Positions 52,639 to 64,000 of a stretch of DNA of 64,000 nt are shown piece after piece. Origin of the DNA: Salinispira sp. (lineage in GTDB: Bacteria; Spirochaetota; Spirochaetia; DSM-27196; Salinispiraceae); contig CBDDDG010000012.1 in assembly GCA_965226555.1 (NCBI GenBank), positions 126,388-190,387 on the forward strand, written 5' to 3'. Below the pieces are notes generated by a model. The model saw only the letters and a list, made by a program, of their open reading frames with translations. It was not told the DNA's origin and ran no database searches. Within the stretch, counting starts at the first letter, position 1; every line of letters begins with the position of its first letter. The position numbers and the translations under genes are program-made.

Positions 52639-52737
52639 GCTTATAATATCATACTATAATTGAATAATTTCAAGTCCTTTTTGACGCCAGTGTGAATTTA
52701 ACCATAAGAAAGCATTCCATACGAACGCCTTCCCCGA

Positions 52738-52968
52738 TTGAAGGATGATAAAAACGACTACCGAATAATCACGATTGTGATAAACGCGCAATCTGGCATG
52801 CACATGATGGATCCTGACCCCCGCGCAATAGATTTTCAGCTATATTTTGACTCAGGTATTCGAATATCCCCCTATTATCAGGTCAACATTGAGAATTTCA
52901 GTGACGAGGAACTGATCTCTGCCGGCGGGGTCATTTCGGCAATGATGTATATGGAGAGAATGTCGTAG
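52738..52968 (+). pseudogene. Probable internal Rpn fragment (copy 2)
   Basis: About 260-bp near-identical duplicate of 51001-51264. Confidence 0.45.
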
Positions 52969-53037
52969 CAAAGATATGTTATATTTTATGAATGAATAGA
53001 ACACCGAAGTATTGGATGAGTGTGGGCGGGGGTTGGT

Positions 53038-54015
53038 ATGAGTAGGAAAATTCCAAAATTTTTAGTATATGGAGAAGGGAATCCAGAAATTGAAGAACGC
53101 ATTCAGCCAAGGCTGCCCATACGGAATTGGGATGCTCTTGATCGGGAGGAAAAAAAATTAATGCCTTCCCTTTTATCACAATTTTTTTCGATATCTGATA
53201 ATAATACTATTCAAACCATAGCGTATCTGAATCACCATTTCATGAGGACATCTCCCGGCAGAGAATTACTCAAGCACCTGACCCCCTATGACGGGGAATT
53301 ATCTGATTTCGATGAGTGGAGTCATCCTTATCATCTGAGCGCAGCAGAAGATGACTTTAGAAATATCTTCATGGATGGATCGGAAGCTCTGGTTTTTTGT
53401 ATGCTGAGCAAATTTGCAAAAAATCTTATCAACGAGCAGTATTATGATGTAGCAGTTAAAGAAAACGATGAAGAGAAACAGCAAAAATACATTGACAGAG
53501 CTTTCAAAGAATTTGATAAATTTGCAAAAATTCTCAATCACATTTTTGGGCAATTTTCGATAAATCAAATGCTAACCCGAAACGGTTTTGTGCCACGGCA
53601 AGATGAAAGAATCACAGAGGATGTGTATGTTCCAACACTTCGGATTCTTGCAAATCCTCAGTGGAAAGATGTTAGCGATGATTTAGCGCGGATGTTTGAG
53701 GATTACCGCGAAAAAAAGTATGCGGAAGCCATAACCAAAGCCCATAGTACTGTACAGCGGTTCCTGCAAATTCTTGTTGGCGAGAATGGAAAAAACGGAA
53801 AAGGTGAAATGGGCAAGCTGTTTCAGCAAGCTAAGGATCGGGGGCTAATATCTGAAAATGCTGAACCTTTTGTGACTGCAATACAAAAAACTATTGTAAG
53901 AGCGCGCGCAACAAGTAGTGACGCAAAACCAGCAAAGAAAGACGCGACTGCCGCAGATGTTCTGCTGGTAATGAATACTGTTATGGTCTTTCTGCAATAT
54001 TGTTTGTCAAAATAA
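53038..54015 (+). CDS. Hypothetical protein, possibly Abi/HEPN-like
   Basis: Long AT-rich ORF in the defence island; C-terminal helical EAITKAH..VQ.FL pattern. Function not established. Confidence 0.55.
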   Translation: MSRKIPKFLVYGEGNPEIEERIQPRLPIRNWDALDREEKKLMPSLLSQFFSISDNNTIQTIAYLNHHFMRTSPGRELLKHLTPYDGELSDFDEWSHPYHLSAAEDDFRNIFMDGSEALVFCMLSKFAKNLINEQYYDVAVKENDEEKQQKYIDRAFKEFDKFAKILNHIFGQFSINQMLTRNGFVPRQDERITEDVYVPTLRILANPQWKDVSDDLARMFEDYREKKYAEAITKAHSTVQRFLQILVGENGKNGKGEMGKLFQQAKDRGLISENAEPFVTAIQKTIVRARATSSDAKPAKKDATAADVLLVMNTVMVFLQYCLSK

Positions 54016-54131
54016 TGTGAAGCGACAATTGGATTGCATTGTGAGAATGGGGGCAAATTTTTAGCGCTTATTCAGCAGATTTCGGCTTAGTAATGGTGTT
54101 ATCCATGTTATCAGTTGGACGGGTGTTTTCA

Positions 54132-57100
54132 TTACGCGCCTGCCCCCGCAGTGGCTTTTTCAACAATGGCTATTTCATCATCCGTCAGTTCGTACAGGGC
54201 ATAAACAAGTTTGTTTATTTCCTGCTCTAAGGCTGTGGTGTTGTTTTGTTTGCCCGCAATTATTTTATCTACCAATGCAATAAACGGCTGCTGGGCTTCC
54301 TCGGGAATGCGCGGAATGGGAAGGCGTTCTAAATTATTAGTTTTTAACTCTCCACTAATTCCTCCTCCCATATAAAATGTCCTGAACATAAAATATACAA
54401 GGGAAGAATTGAGAATACCAAGTAAATACTTTAAACCGTGGCCTGTTATTATATTTGCAGGTGCCGTAGCATAACGCTTCTTATCATCATAGTAAAAACT
54501 AGATCGTGAAGCCATAATACATGGATACACAATTTTTTCTTTTTCAAATTCTGATAGATAGGTATTTGCGCAGCGTTGCATTGCATACCATTCATAGCGA
54601 ATACCTGTTTCCGCAGTGTTTCTTTGAGACAATTTTTCTTTGTGCTGTAATAAATGATTATAAATGTCTGGATATTTTTTACTAAATGCTTCTTCAGCTT
54701 TTTCTGATGCCCCCTGTATGGATTTATCTGTATGCAAAGGAAAATGCCATGGGATAAAAATTACCCACAGTCCCGCCCAATGAGCTTCGTAGGCTTGAAT
54801 ATCTCTCCCCCGTAAAATGGGTTTAATAATTTCCGCGCTTTTCGGATCTTGGGCAATGAGCTCATTGCGTGTGGCGGTGTCAATAATAAAGGCTTCGTTA
54901 TAGCCCGTTTTAATACCATAATTAATATTTACATCCCAATCTTTCAGCGGCGTACCCACTGCTTCTATTTTCTTTTGAGGGCAAGAACATTCGGCGGTTG
55001 CAAAGTATAGGCGGCGGCGTCCAAGTCATTATGCGGCATGGTGTACAGCGGGCGCTTCGGGGCGGGCAGGTGGGAGCCGTAGGAAAAATGGGGGGATGCG
55101 TGGACAGTGCTTTTGCAGCAGAGGAGAATGTTGGTGTCGACAGTGGCGTTCTCAAAAATTTGCCGGCCGGCAAAATCAACAATTTGCTCAATGTGAGTGC
55201 TGTTCTTCAGAAAATGGCGGAGTTTTTCTCCGTACTTTGCCCGCATCCATTTATTGGAAGTAATGTAGCAGATATGCCCCCTGCTATTCAGAATCCGCAG
55301 TCCCTTTTCATAAAAATACACATACATATCGGCAGTGCCCGCAAAGGTATCTTCGTAGATTTTCCTGAATTGTGGTTTGTATTCTGTAATACGCTCCTGC
55401 CGAATGTAGGGCGGGTTGCCAATGACAATGTCGAAGCCCTCTTCAGACTTTGCGCAATTCCCAAATACCTCGCTGAAGAATATGGTAAAAGCAAAAAGTC
55501 CGTCATCCGTAATAGTTTCAAGGAGAGCATCAATTTCTGTTTTTAATGCCGTTTTTTTCGATGGCGATGTTTCATTAAAAAACTGAGATTTGAGCACCTC
55601 CAATGTTTTGAGTACGGAAGCATTAAACAGGTTGTGTTCAACTCTCAGCAATGAATTCCCCGTAACAATTTTATAATTGAGGTTCGGAAGCGGCTGAATG
55701 GTAGTGAAATTCTCTTCATCGACCACAAGCGATAACCACAGCCGCAGCTTGGCAATATCCACCGCGGACGATTCAATATCGACCCCATAAATCGATTCCT
55801 GAATGGCATGACGCTTGAAGGCGTAGGGGGATCGTTCAGTATTGTCTGTCCTGTCCACATAGGCATTCAGCAATGTTCGGCAGCGGACAATTTCATTCAT
55901 GACCCCCACGGGGAATGCGCCTGAGCCAATTGCCGGATCGCATATTTTCACCCGCGCCAGCGCATCGTCAATGTGGCGGGCGTATGTTTCAATTGTTTGA
56001 GGAATACGGTGGGTATACGTTCCCTTGTAGTCGTTGTTGTTGTGCGCCTTTTCGCTCGCGATTTTTTCATGTTCCTGCGCGACATCGCTATAATACACGA
56101 ATTCCTCCACATGCGCGCGTGTGGGAAGACTTTCGTTATGCTCGCCATGCAGTTTGGCATGTAGTTCGGTATGCAGATAGGTAATGAGGCTTTCCCGACA
56201 CATATAATGGACAATGTCGCGCGGGGTGTAATAGGTGCCGCTGCCTTTTCGTTCATTTTCGGGAATGAGGTTTTCGAAGACCTTGCCCAGCATTTCCGGA
56301 TCGATGGCAACTTCTTTATCGAGCGGTTCGTCTTCGCGGACGGTGAAGTTGAACACATTGAAGGTGCGAAAAATGTCTTTGAAAATGGCGTTGTCGAGGA
56401 GAATATCGACAGTGCCCCAATCGTAACTATGCGGAGGTTCGAAGAGCCCCCCGTTCAGGAAGGGTATGCGGCAATTCAATGCGCTGTAATAATTGTTCGA
56501 TGTTCGTTCAGTGGCCAATGCCTCGTAAAACAGGGGTTCGAGAATATCGTTAAAGAAATTATTATATTCTCCGTATTCCTTCGCGTAGAGTTCCGCGAGA
56601 AAGTTTTTTGAACCGCTTCCCCAGTTCTTCGTTTTGCCCACTCCAAGCCAGCCCTTTTTCTGCAGGAAGTAGAGGAAAACAATTTGACCGAGCAGGCGTT
56701 TGGCAAAATCGGCAGTTTTCATGCCCCTGCTTTCGAATTGGTTTTTCACATGTTCGTTTCGCTTCACAAGCCCTTCCAATTCTGTTTTTATGCTGTCGTA
56801 GAGTTCCGTGTATTTCTGAAAGAATTCCTTCGTAACGGTTTCAATGTTGAATGCGTTTACCAGTTCGTCGAGGGTGGTTTCGGTGGGAGATTGAATGAGG
56901 GGCGCGAGTTGTCGGCGCGCCGTATGGGTTTTTTCGTTCTTGCCCACGAGGAATGAGGAGCGGCGGGACGGTGTAAGTTCTTTTTTAATTTTTTGCTGTT
57001 CTTCATCGAGCTCATATTCCATGCGCACAAGGGAAAAGCGCCAATCGGGCGAAGCTTCGGCATAAAATGCGACCAGCGCGGCATCTTTCAGCTTGCCGCC

Positions 57101-57412
57101 CATGCTGCCGTTCAGGTAGCGGGCAACAAAATTGCGCTGCATTGCGCGGGCATTTTCGAGGGTTCGCTGGTCTTTCACCTTTACCGCAAGTACATCAATC
57201 TCCTTTCCGTCTGGGTCGGTGAATTTTGCAAGGCGTTTGCGGGAGAGAATTTTTCCCATAAAGGCCTCGGGGATGTACGTGCCAGACAATGTGTTTTTCC
57301 GGTCTATTTCATAGTTCTGAAAAAGGTTGGCAATAAAGAGCCGAAAACGATCTTCGTTATAGACCTCCGTGAAGGTTTCGCCAACAAAGTCTTGCGCTTC
57401 ACGTTCGTTCAT
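54132..57412 (-). pseudogene. Type IIG/Eco57I-like restriction-modification enzyme, frameshifted before the specificity domain
   Basis: PFLNGGLF, GTYYTP, DPAIGSGAF, IVIGNPPY; 1-nt loss at 54968-54976 separates the G.PL...GIKTG.N..F TaqI_C-like part. Confidence 0.82.
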
Positions 57413-60400
57413 ACATTATCTCCCTGTATTATGAGCTCGCTCAGAATGACCTCGCTGGCAGCGCCCGCATTTTGGGCGCGCTGTTTATTGGGCAGATTAT
57501 TGTCATTAATTTCATTTCTGAACACCCCGAGAATGTTCAGGGGAGACATGTTCTGTTGTATTGCCTGTTTCATGCGTTTTAGCATGTTCCGCGGCAGCTC
57601 GCCGCGCTCAAGCGCCCCGTGTACTCGGCGCAGGTATTCTTCATCGTCATCGGTATATTCTGGAGATTTGCCAATGACCGATTTCAGTAGTTTTATGAGG
57701 AACATTTCGTTTGAGCTGCCCTTCCCCTTGCCTGCGGGCATAGTGCGCATTTCTTCGTTGGTTATTTCTTTCACATATGTTTTGTTTGCCTTGAGGAGGG
57801 CAAAGAAACTGTGGGGTATTCGCGCGCCGGGGGTCTGCGGTTCGCATTCAAACAGGCGAACTGCTTCAAGGAAGGTCAGCTCTTTCGGGTCGGCGGCACC
57901 ATCAACTGCGGCGGCACCATCAGCAAGTACCACATCGCCATCGCCATCAACTGCGGCGCACATAATAAACTTTTTCAACTGGCCTTTGCGGAAAAAGGTG
58001 AGGAGACGATGTTCGCCATGCGGGGTGTCGGATAAACTCCCATGGCGCGCCGCGCGCGCTTTTTTGGGCAGTCCCTTAATTGTAGTGAAGAGCGGGGCAT
58101 TAGTGTCTCGAATGGCGCGTATTTCCTGAAGATAGCGAAGTTCTGAATCATCATTTTCTTCATCATCTTCGAGGGAGCGCGTATTATTCAGTTTTTCATA
58201 CAGACGTTCTCCGAACAGCCCATGAGAGGCGAGTTCTTCATCGTCGCTAAGATACTTTGCATCTTCGCCAAGGGTGCTGTGAAAGGCCTGAATTTTATTC
58301 TTAATATTGGTCTCCAGTCCAAGCTGCTCTTCGGATTGAGCGGTCGGAAAAAAATTATATACATAAATGTTTTGGTGTTCTGTTCCAACACGGTTCACGC
58401 GGCCAACGCGCTGAAGTACGCGTGTCGGATTCCATGGCAGGTCATAGTTTATGATGATATTGGAGGCATGCAGGTTAATTCCTTCGGCCAAAATATCGGT
58501 TGTGAGAAGAATAAAAACATCATTTCGGGAATTGGGGTGCGAAGGTTGGTAGTTTGTTTCAATTATTTCACGCAAATATTCTTTTGCATGCCCTTCGCCA
58601 TTGTACATTCCCCCCGCGCTGGAATAGGAAAGAACTTTGCCCGGAAAATGCTCATTGAGCGTATTTTGTAAATAGTCTACTGTTTCCTTCGATTCACTGA
58701 ATACCAGCGCCTTTTTACCCGAAAGGAGGGGGTTGTTTTTGAGCTCATAAATGAAGCTCTCAGCTTTTGGGTCCGTATGAATGTGCTCCCAGAGTTCCTG
58801 AATGCCTTTCAGAATATCTCTATCGCTTTCTAATTTTTCGCGGTATATCGGCATGAAATTTTCCGACGGATATTTTTGCGCATCGCCCCCTTCCAGCAGT
58901 TCCTGTAAGGTATCTTCATCATCCTCATCAATAAGATCAAACACATTGACCTTTTTGCTAATCCACACTGTTCCGCTATCGTACATTTTGAGAAAGCGCT
59001 CATAGGACTGAATAAACCTCTCCAGCGATTTTTTGAAGGCATAAAAACTGCTTTCCAACCGCTTTACCAGAATACTTTTCATGAATCCGCCGACATTGCG
59101 CTGCGATTGTTGTTCAAACATGCTCAGTTGCTTTTTTAGAAAAAGGAGGGGGGTGTAACGCGAATATGAAAACTCGCGAAGGTGGATAATGGTACGGGTA
59201 AATACATGTTCGATCTCCAAATCGAAGCGGTAAATAATGCGCTGAGGGTTTGCTATGTGCGGAAAATGGAGTCCCTGCGTGTGAATATCTTCACTAAAAT
59301 AGTTTTTAATTTCCGAGCGGGTACGGCGCACCATGAGGTATTTCAGTATCTTGTTGCGCAGGACTTCAGATGCGTGTTTGAGAGCATTGAGATATTCGGG
59401 GCTGTCCTTATTATGCTGATCCAGATATTTCTGCTGTGTCCTGAAAAAGTCGTCCAAATTTTTAACCCCGGGAATCGTACTGTTCCGGGAGGGCTGGAAT
59501 AGTTTTATTTGGGCTTTAATGTCGTCCAGCCTGTTGTTAAGAGGCGTGGCAGAAACGAGAATAACCTTTTTGTTGCGGCAAATTTTATGCAAGTCCTCGT
59601 AGCTTCTGGTTAACTCGTTTCTGAAATGATGCGCTTCATCGACCACAATGTATGTATATGCGCGTAGATCGGTTTTTGCAATTTTATTAAGCATTCCCAA
59701 TGATTCAACACTACACCCGGGAACATAAAATTGATTAAGCGTCTCGCGCCAGTAGTCCATGAGCGCCGGCGGGCAAATAATGAGGGGGTGTCCTGTATGC
59801 AATTTCTGAAGAAGTAAGGCCGTTATGAATGTTTTTCCCAGTCCGACAACATCGGAGAGAAATACTCCGTTGTAGGCATTGAGAATTTTTTGCGCCGATA
59901 CCACTGCCTGTTTCTGATATTGTAAATTCATAAAGCCTTCAGGCAGGCGGAAGTCCTGTTCGTTATCGGCATTAATATCTTCTTTGAAATATTCATACAG
60001 CAGTTTCAGATATATATGGTATGGCGTAATGTGATCGTTCAGCCATGTTTTCTGCTGTATGGTATTGATATAGTTCTCAGCAATATCAATTCCTTCATTC
60101 CATAAGTTCTCAAACTGCTTGAAGGCATACTCGACATCTGCCCGATCTTTCAGCTCAACATTAAATTCGCGCTGGGCGACAAGGCCGTTTTCTGAGAAAT
60201 TGCTTGAACCCGTAATGACTCGTCCGTAATCTCTATCGTCCGAAGGGAAGCGGATAATGTAGACTTTGGCGTGAAGGTTTTTGCCCGGATGCGCCCGCAA
60301 CTGGAGTTTTACCGGTGTTGAGAAATTCTATGAATTTCCGCGCCGCAGTTTCGGTCTCAGCCGATTCTTCGGTGTATTCCAGTTCTTCTTCAAGATTCCG

Positions 60401-60685
60401 GCAGTACACGTTCCTGCATGTTTGCTGAGACTCAAAATCGAATTCTGACTGAACTTTCGATTCTTCAAACAATTCATAACTTTTCCGGTCAACATTCAGG
60501 CCAACCAGAATTCGTATGCTTTCAACGTTTTCCAGTGTTTTATGGAGCCGATAAAACCCGCTTGTGCGAAAATATCCGACGAGTATGTCAAAATATTCGG
60601 CATCTTTAATGGTGGAAAAAAACCGATTATACAGTGAGTCGGCATTGGTATTGGTAAAAAACTTCAGGTCGGTGGAATCGGTCAT
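57409..60685 (-). pseudogene. PLD-domain + SNF2-type helicase, frameshifted in the PLD domain
   Basis: VGYFR.SG, LHAK.Y..GSSNFS, DVVGLGKT, DEAH, SATP.NN, EGINL, YDLPWNP..QRVGRVNR; one extra A at 60307-60310. Confidence 0.85.
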
Positions 60686-60792
60686 GGTATACGATAGAAT
60701 ATAGTACGAATTCTCTCAACGTGGGAACCGACGCACGTATGGTTGAATTCACCCTATCTTGACTTTTCCTCTATCAATGTATACAAACAATC

Positions 60793-61065
60793 ATGGACAA
60801 ACGGGAACTGGAAATTACCGCGGAACTTGCGGATATTGAGTTGAGCGATTCGGACATTGGACGTTTTACTCAGGCAGTTGAACAGATGATACAGCACTTT
60901 GAGGTAATGGCGGGTGTTGATGTTGATGATAATGTATCTGATGCTCGGCCTGTGGGGCATGCTCTTCGTGAAGACAGGGCGCATAAGTCGGTAATGAACG
61001 ATGCGATTATTGATCAATCGCCGGAACATGAAGACCGGTACATTATTATTCCCAACGTCCTGTAG
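60793..61065 (+). CDS. gatC: Asp/Glu-tRNA amidotransferase subunit C
   Basis: A.LA.I.L, LRED, Y..IPNVL; precedes gatA. Confidence 0.88.
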   Translation: MDKRELEITAELADIELSDSDIGRFTQAVEQMIQHFEVMAGVDVDDNVSDARPVGHALREDRAHKSVMNDAIIDQSPEHEDRYIIIPNVL

Positions 61066-61083
61066 GTTTTGGTGAGCGCGACT

Positions 61084-62658
61084 ATGAAATTGTGGAAATC
61101 TTGTACAGCCGATAATCTCGCAGAATACGAAGCCTTTGTGAAGGAACTGGATGCCCGCATCGGCGCCTTCCTGTATTTTAACGCAAAGCAGGGCGTTGAA
61201 ATGAGCATGAAAGCCGCCGCCGCCGACCCCCCCGCAGACCCCGACTCGCGCGGCACTCTCGGCACCGCTGACCCCCCCGCAAACCTCGACTCGCGCGGCA
61301 CTCTCGGCGCCCCCGACCTCGGCGCCCCCGACCTCGGCGCCCCCGACCTCGGCGCCCCCGACCCCGCCGACCCCCTCTGCGGACTACCCTTCGCGGTGAA
61401 GGACAACATCGCTGTCCGCTCCATGCCCCTCACCTGCGGGTCAAAATTTCTGGAAAATTACATTTCACCCTATAACGCAACGGTCATTGAGCGCCTCCGT
61501 GCGCGCGGGGCGGTACCGGTCGGCAAGACAAATCTCGATGAATTCGGCATGGGATCATCCACCGATAATTCGGCATTGCAGCAGACGAATAATCCATGGG
61601 ATGAGGAGCGGGTCAGCGGCGGTTCATCCGGCGGTTCGGCTGCGGCTGCGGCTGCGGGTATGGTTCCGTTTGCACTTGGTTCGGATACCGGAGGATCGGT
61701 ACGGCAGCCCGCAGCCTTCTGCGGAATTTATGGTCTGAAACCAACCTATGCCTCAGTGAGCCGTTACGGCCTCGTTGCCTACGCCTCCTCGCTCGATGTT
61801 ATTGGTGTACTTTCGGGAAATCTGAACCTGACGCGTGCGGTTTTTGAAGCAATTCGCGGGCAGGACAACATGGATCAGAGCTCGCTGCCCGTCCATGCCA
61901 TCCATGATTTTTCCCGGGCCCTTCCAAAGAATTTTCCAATGAAAAAATCCGGAATACGGTCAATCGGTTTCCTGAAAGGTGAACGCGGTTTAAGCGATGA
62001 GGTTGCTGAGGCATACACGGGCACAGTAGACTACCTGAAAAAAAGCGGATATGAACTCTGCGGTATTGAACTGCCGAGTGTTGAATATGCGGCATCCGTG
62101 TATCATATAATTGCTGCTGCGGAAGCAAGTTCCAACCTTGCCCGGTTTAACGGCATTCGTTACGGCAACCGGCCTGCCTATGCCGAAAATCCCGATGACC
62201 TCGTGCGGAAGGCGCGAAATGCCGGTTTCGGCAATGAGGTGAAACTGAGAATACTCCTGGGAACATATGTGCTTCGTTCGGGGTTTCAGGATAAGTATTA
62301 TCAAAAGGCTCAGAACATACGGAGAAAAATGCGTCAGAACTTTAACGATATGTTTTCTCAGGTCGATGTCTTACTTATGCCGGTTTTTCCAACTCAGGCA
62401 TTTCCTCATAAGGGACAGGACAATTTTCAGCAGCGCCTTTCTGACCGCTTTACTGCGCTGGCCAATCTTACCGGAGTTCCGGCGCTGTCCTGTCCTGCCG
62501 GGCTGAAAAATGGTCTGCCCTGCGCGGTACAATGCCTCGCGCCCGCATTTCATGAGCATCTCCTCTTTGAAATTGCGGGAGAATTGCAGAAAGAATTTCC
62601 GGTTCCGGGAATTCCCAATGATTCCTTTGCTGATTTTGCCGATGCGGCTAAATTCTGA
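61084..62658 (+). CDS. gatA: Asp/Glu-tRNA amidotransferase subunit A
   Basis: AVKDNI, GKTNLDEFGMGSS, GGSSGGSA, GSDTGGSVRQPA. Start approximate. Confidence 0.95.
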   Translation: MKLWKSCTADNLAEYEAFVKELDARIGAFLYFNAKQGVEMSMKAAAADPPADPDSRGTLGTADPPANLDSRGTLGAPDLGAPDLGAPDLGAPDPADPLCGLPFAVKDNIAVRSMPLTCGSKFLENYISPYNATVIERLRARGAVPVGKTNLDEFGMGSSTDNSALQQTNNPWDEERVSGGSSGGSAAAAAAGMVPFALGSDTGGSVRQPAAFCGIYGLKPTYASVSRYGLVAYASSLDVIGVLSGNLNLTRAVFEAIRGQDNMDQSSLPVHAIHDFSRALPKNFPMKKSGIRSIGFLKGERGLSDEVAEAYTGTVDYLKKSGYELCGIELPSVEYAASVYHIIAAAEASSNLARFNGIRYGNRPAYAENPDDLVRKARNAGFGNEVKLRILLGTYVLRSGFQDKYYQKAQNIRRKMRQNFNDMFSQVDVLLMPVFPTQAFPHKGQDNFQQRLSDRFTALANLTGVPALSCPAGLKNGLPCAVQCLAPAFHEHLLFEIAGELQKEFPVPGIPNDSFADFADAAKF

Positions 62659-62692
62659 CACGAACAACCGAAAAATTGGAGTAAAACATACA

Positions 62693-64000
62693 ATGTATCA
62701 GGCATTTATCGGACTGGAAATACACATTCAACTCAAATCGGAATCAAAAATCTTCTGTGCCTGCAGAAATTCCTTCGGCGATGAACCGAATACCAACATC
62801 TGCCCGACATGCATGGGACTTCCCGGCACCCTGCCTGTTCTCAACGGAGAAGCCATGCTGAAATCGTACCTGCTTGCGCAGGCGCTCGGCTGCGAGCTCG
62901 CTGAAGAATGCTTTTTCGAACGCAAAAACTATTTCTACCCCGATCTGCCGAAGAATTACCAAATTTCTCAGTTTGAGCAGCCTCTTGGCACAAAGGGTCA
63001 TATCTATATTGATATTGATGGTCAGAAAAAACGCATTACAATTCGGGAATGCCACCTTGAAGAGGATGCGGGTAAAATGATCCATACCGGTGACGTCAGT
63101 CTGCTGGATTACAACCGCACCGGCACCCCGCTCATTGAGATAGTTACCGATCCCGACATGGAAAGACCCGAGGAAGCGGAAATTCTCATTCATGAGCTGC
63201 GCCGCATTGTCCGTTACATGGGCTTGAGCGATGGAAACATGGAGGAGGGATCACTTCGGGCAGATGCAAATGTTTCTGTGAACCATTCCGGCCAGGGGCT
63301 CGGCAGTAAGGTGGAAATAAAAAACCTCAATTCATCCCGTTTTGTGAAAAAAAGCCTGAGTTATGAGATACAGCGGCAGCAGAGCATTCTCGATAGCGCG
63401 GCTCCCGTTATACAGGAAACGAGGCTCTGGAATGAAAACAGAGATCAGACAGAGAGCATGCGTGTGAAAGAAAATTCAAACGATTATCGCTACTTCCCCG
63501 ATCCTGATCTTCCCCGGTTTTATGCCGATGAGGATTTTCTGAAAACGGTGCATGCCTTTCATGTTGAACTTCCCCTTCCCCGGCGTGAACGCTTCATACA
63601 GGACTATTCCCTCACACGGGAACAGGCTGCCTTTCTCTGCGAGGAAAGGCCGCTTGCCGATTATTTTGAAACATGCCTGAAGCTGAATGCCGACCCCCAG
63701 CAGGTAGCGGTATGGCTTGCCTCCGATGTTCAGAAAGAACTGAACCGTAATGCTGTTGCCCTTTTCGACTCCCCGCTTAGCCCGCAGCGTCTGGTTGCGA
63801 TACTTGATCTCCTGCAAAGCGGCAGAATTCACGGGAGAATTGCCAAACAGGTACTTACTGCCGTTTTTCAGGAAAATAAGGACCCTGTAGACATTATCCG
63901 TGAGAAGAATTTAGAGCAAATAGTCGATTCCGGTGAAATTGATACGCTCATACAGACAGTGATGACGGAGAATCCTCATGTTCTGAAAGAACAGGATACA
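62693..64000 (+). CDS. gatB: Asp/Glu-tRNA amidotransferase subunit B (runs off the window end)
   Basis: Manual translation: MYQAFIGLEIHIQL, RKNYFYPDLPKNYQISQ, HLEEDAGK, YNR.G.PLIEIV, YRYFPDPDL. Confidence 0.95.
   Translation, partial: MYQAFIGLEIHIQLKSESKIFCACRNSFGDEPNTNICPTCMGLPGTLPVLNGEAMLKSYLLAQALGCELAEECFFERKNYFYPDLPKNYQISQFEQPLGTKGHIYIDIDGQKKRITIRECHLEEDAGKMIHTGDVSLLDYNRTGTPLIEIVTDPDMERPEEAEILIHELRRIVRYMGLSDGNMEEGSLRADANVSVNHSGQGLGSKVEIKNLNSSRFVKKSLSYEIQRQQSILDSAAPVIQETRLWNENRDQTESMRVKENSNDYRYFPDPDLPRFYADEDFLKTVHAFHVELPLPRRERFIQDYSLTREQAAFLCEERPLADYFETCLKLNADPQQVAVWLASDVQKELNRNAVALFDSPLSPQRLVAILDLLQSGRIHGRIAKQVLTAVFQENKDPVDIIREKNLEQIVDSGEIDTLIQTVMTENPHVLKEQDT

Noticed and set aside
56993..58129. 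378-aa plus-strand ORF and other long antisense ORFs (e.g. 2780-3898, 18550-19326, 42073-42966)
   Set aside because: Shadows of well-supported genes on the opposite strand with no recognisable motifs.

Overview
A 64-kb window of a spirochaete-like chromosome near the replication origin: divergent gyrB-gyrA/dnaA, parA-parB with a perfect parS, polA-coaE-SPOR, fliS-flgN, gatCAB, sucA, malQ, purU and tRNA-Ala(GGC). The taxonomic call is inferred from gene order. Accessory DNA is interleaved throughout. (1) Five Rpn (PD-(D/E)XK, YhgA-like) genes plus fragments; each full copy has a strong internal Shine-Dalgarno/ATG for a small C-terminal product, most share a conserved leader, and their tails appear shuffled. 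(2) Three FN3 + BspA/DUF285 lipoproteins, two out of frame at poly-G tracts near the N-terminus. (3) An IS481-like element with an 18-bp direct repeat. (4) A ~10-kb island bounded by inverted repeats, with a frameshifted PLD-SNF2 helicase and Type IIG-like R-M pair and a decayed alternative specificity segment. (5) A sterol (DHCR7-like) reductase overlapping the dnaA stop codon where dnaN is expected. The most striking unexplained structure is a dispersed family of modular palindromic repeats (about 15 full or partial copies). They are flanked by direct repeats of very different lengths (3, 5, 7 and ~110 bp) and sit in-frame in two signal peptides, inside an Rpn gene and in the gyrB-dnaA spacer. 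All calls come from manual reading and motif recognition; no searches were run.
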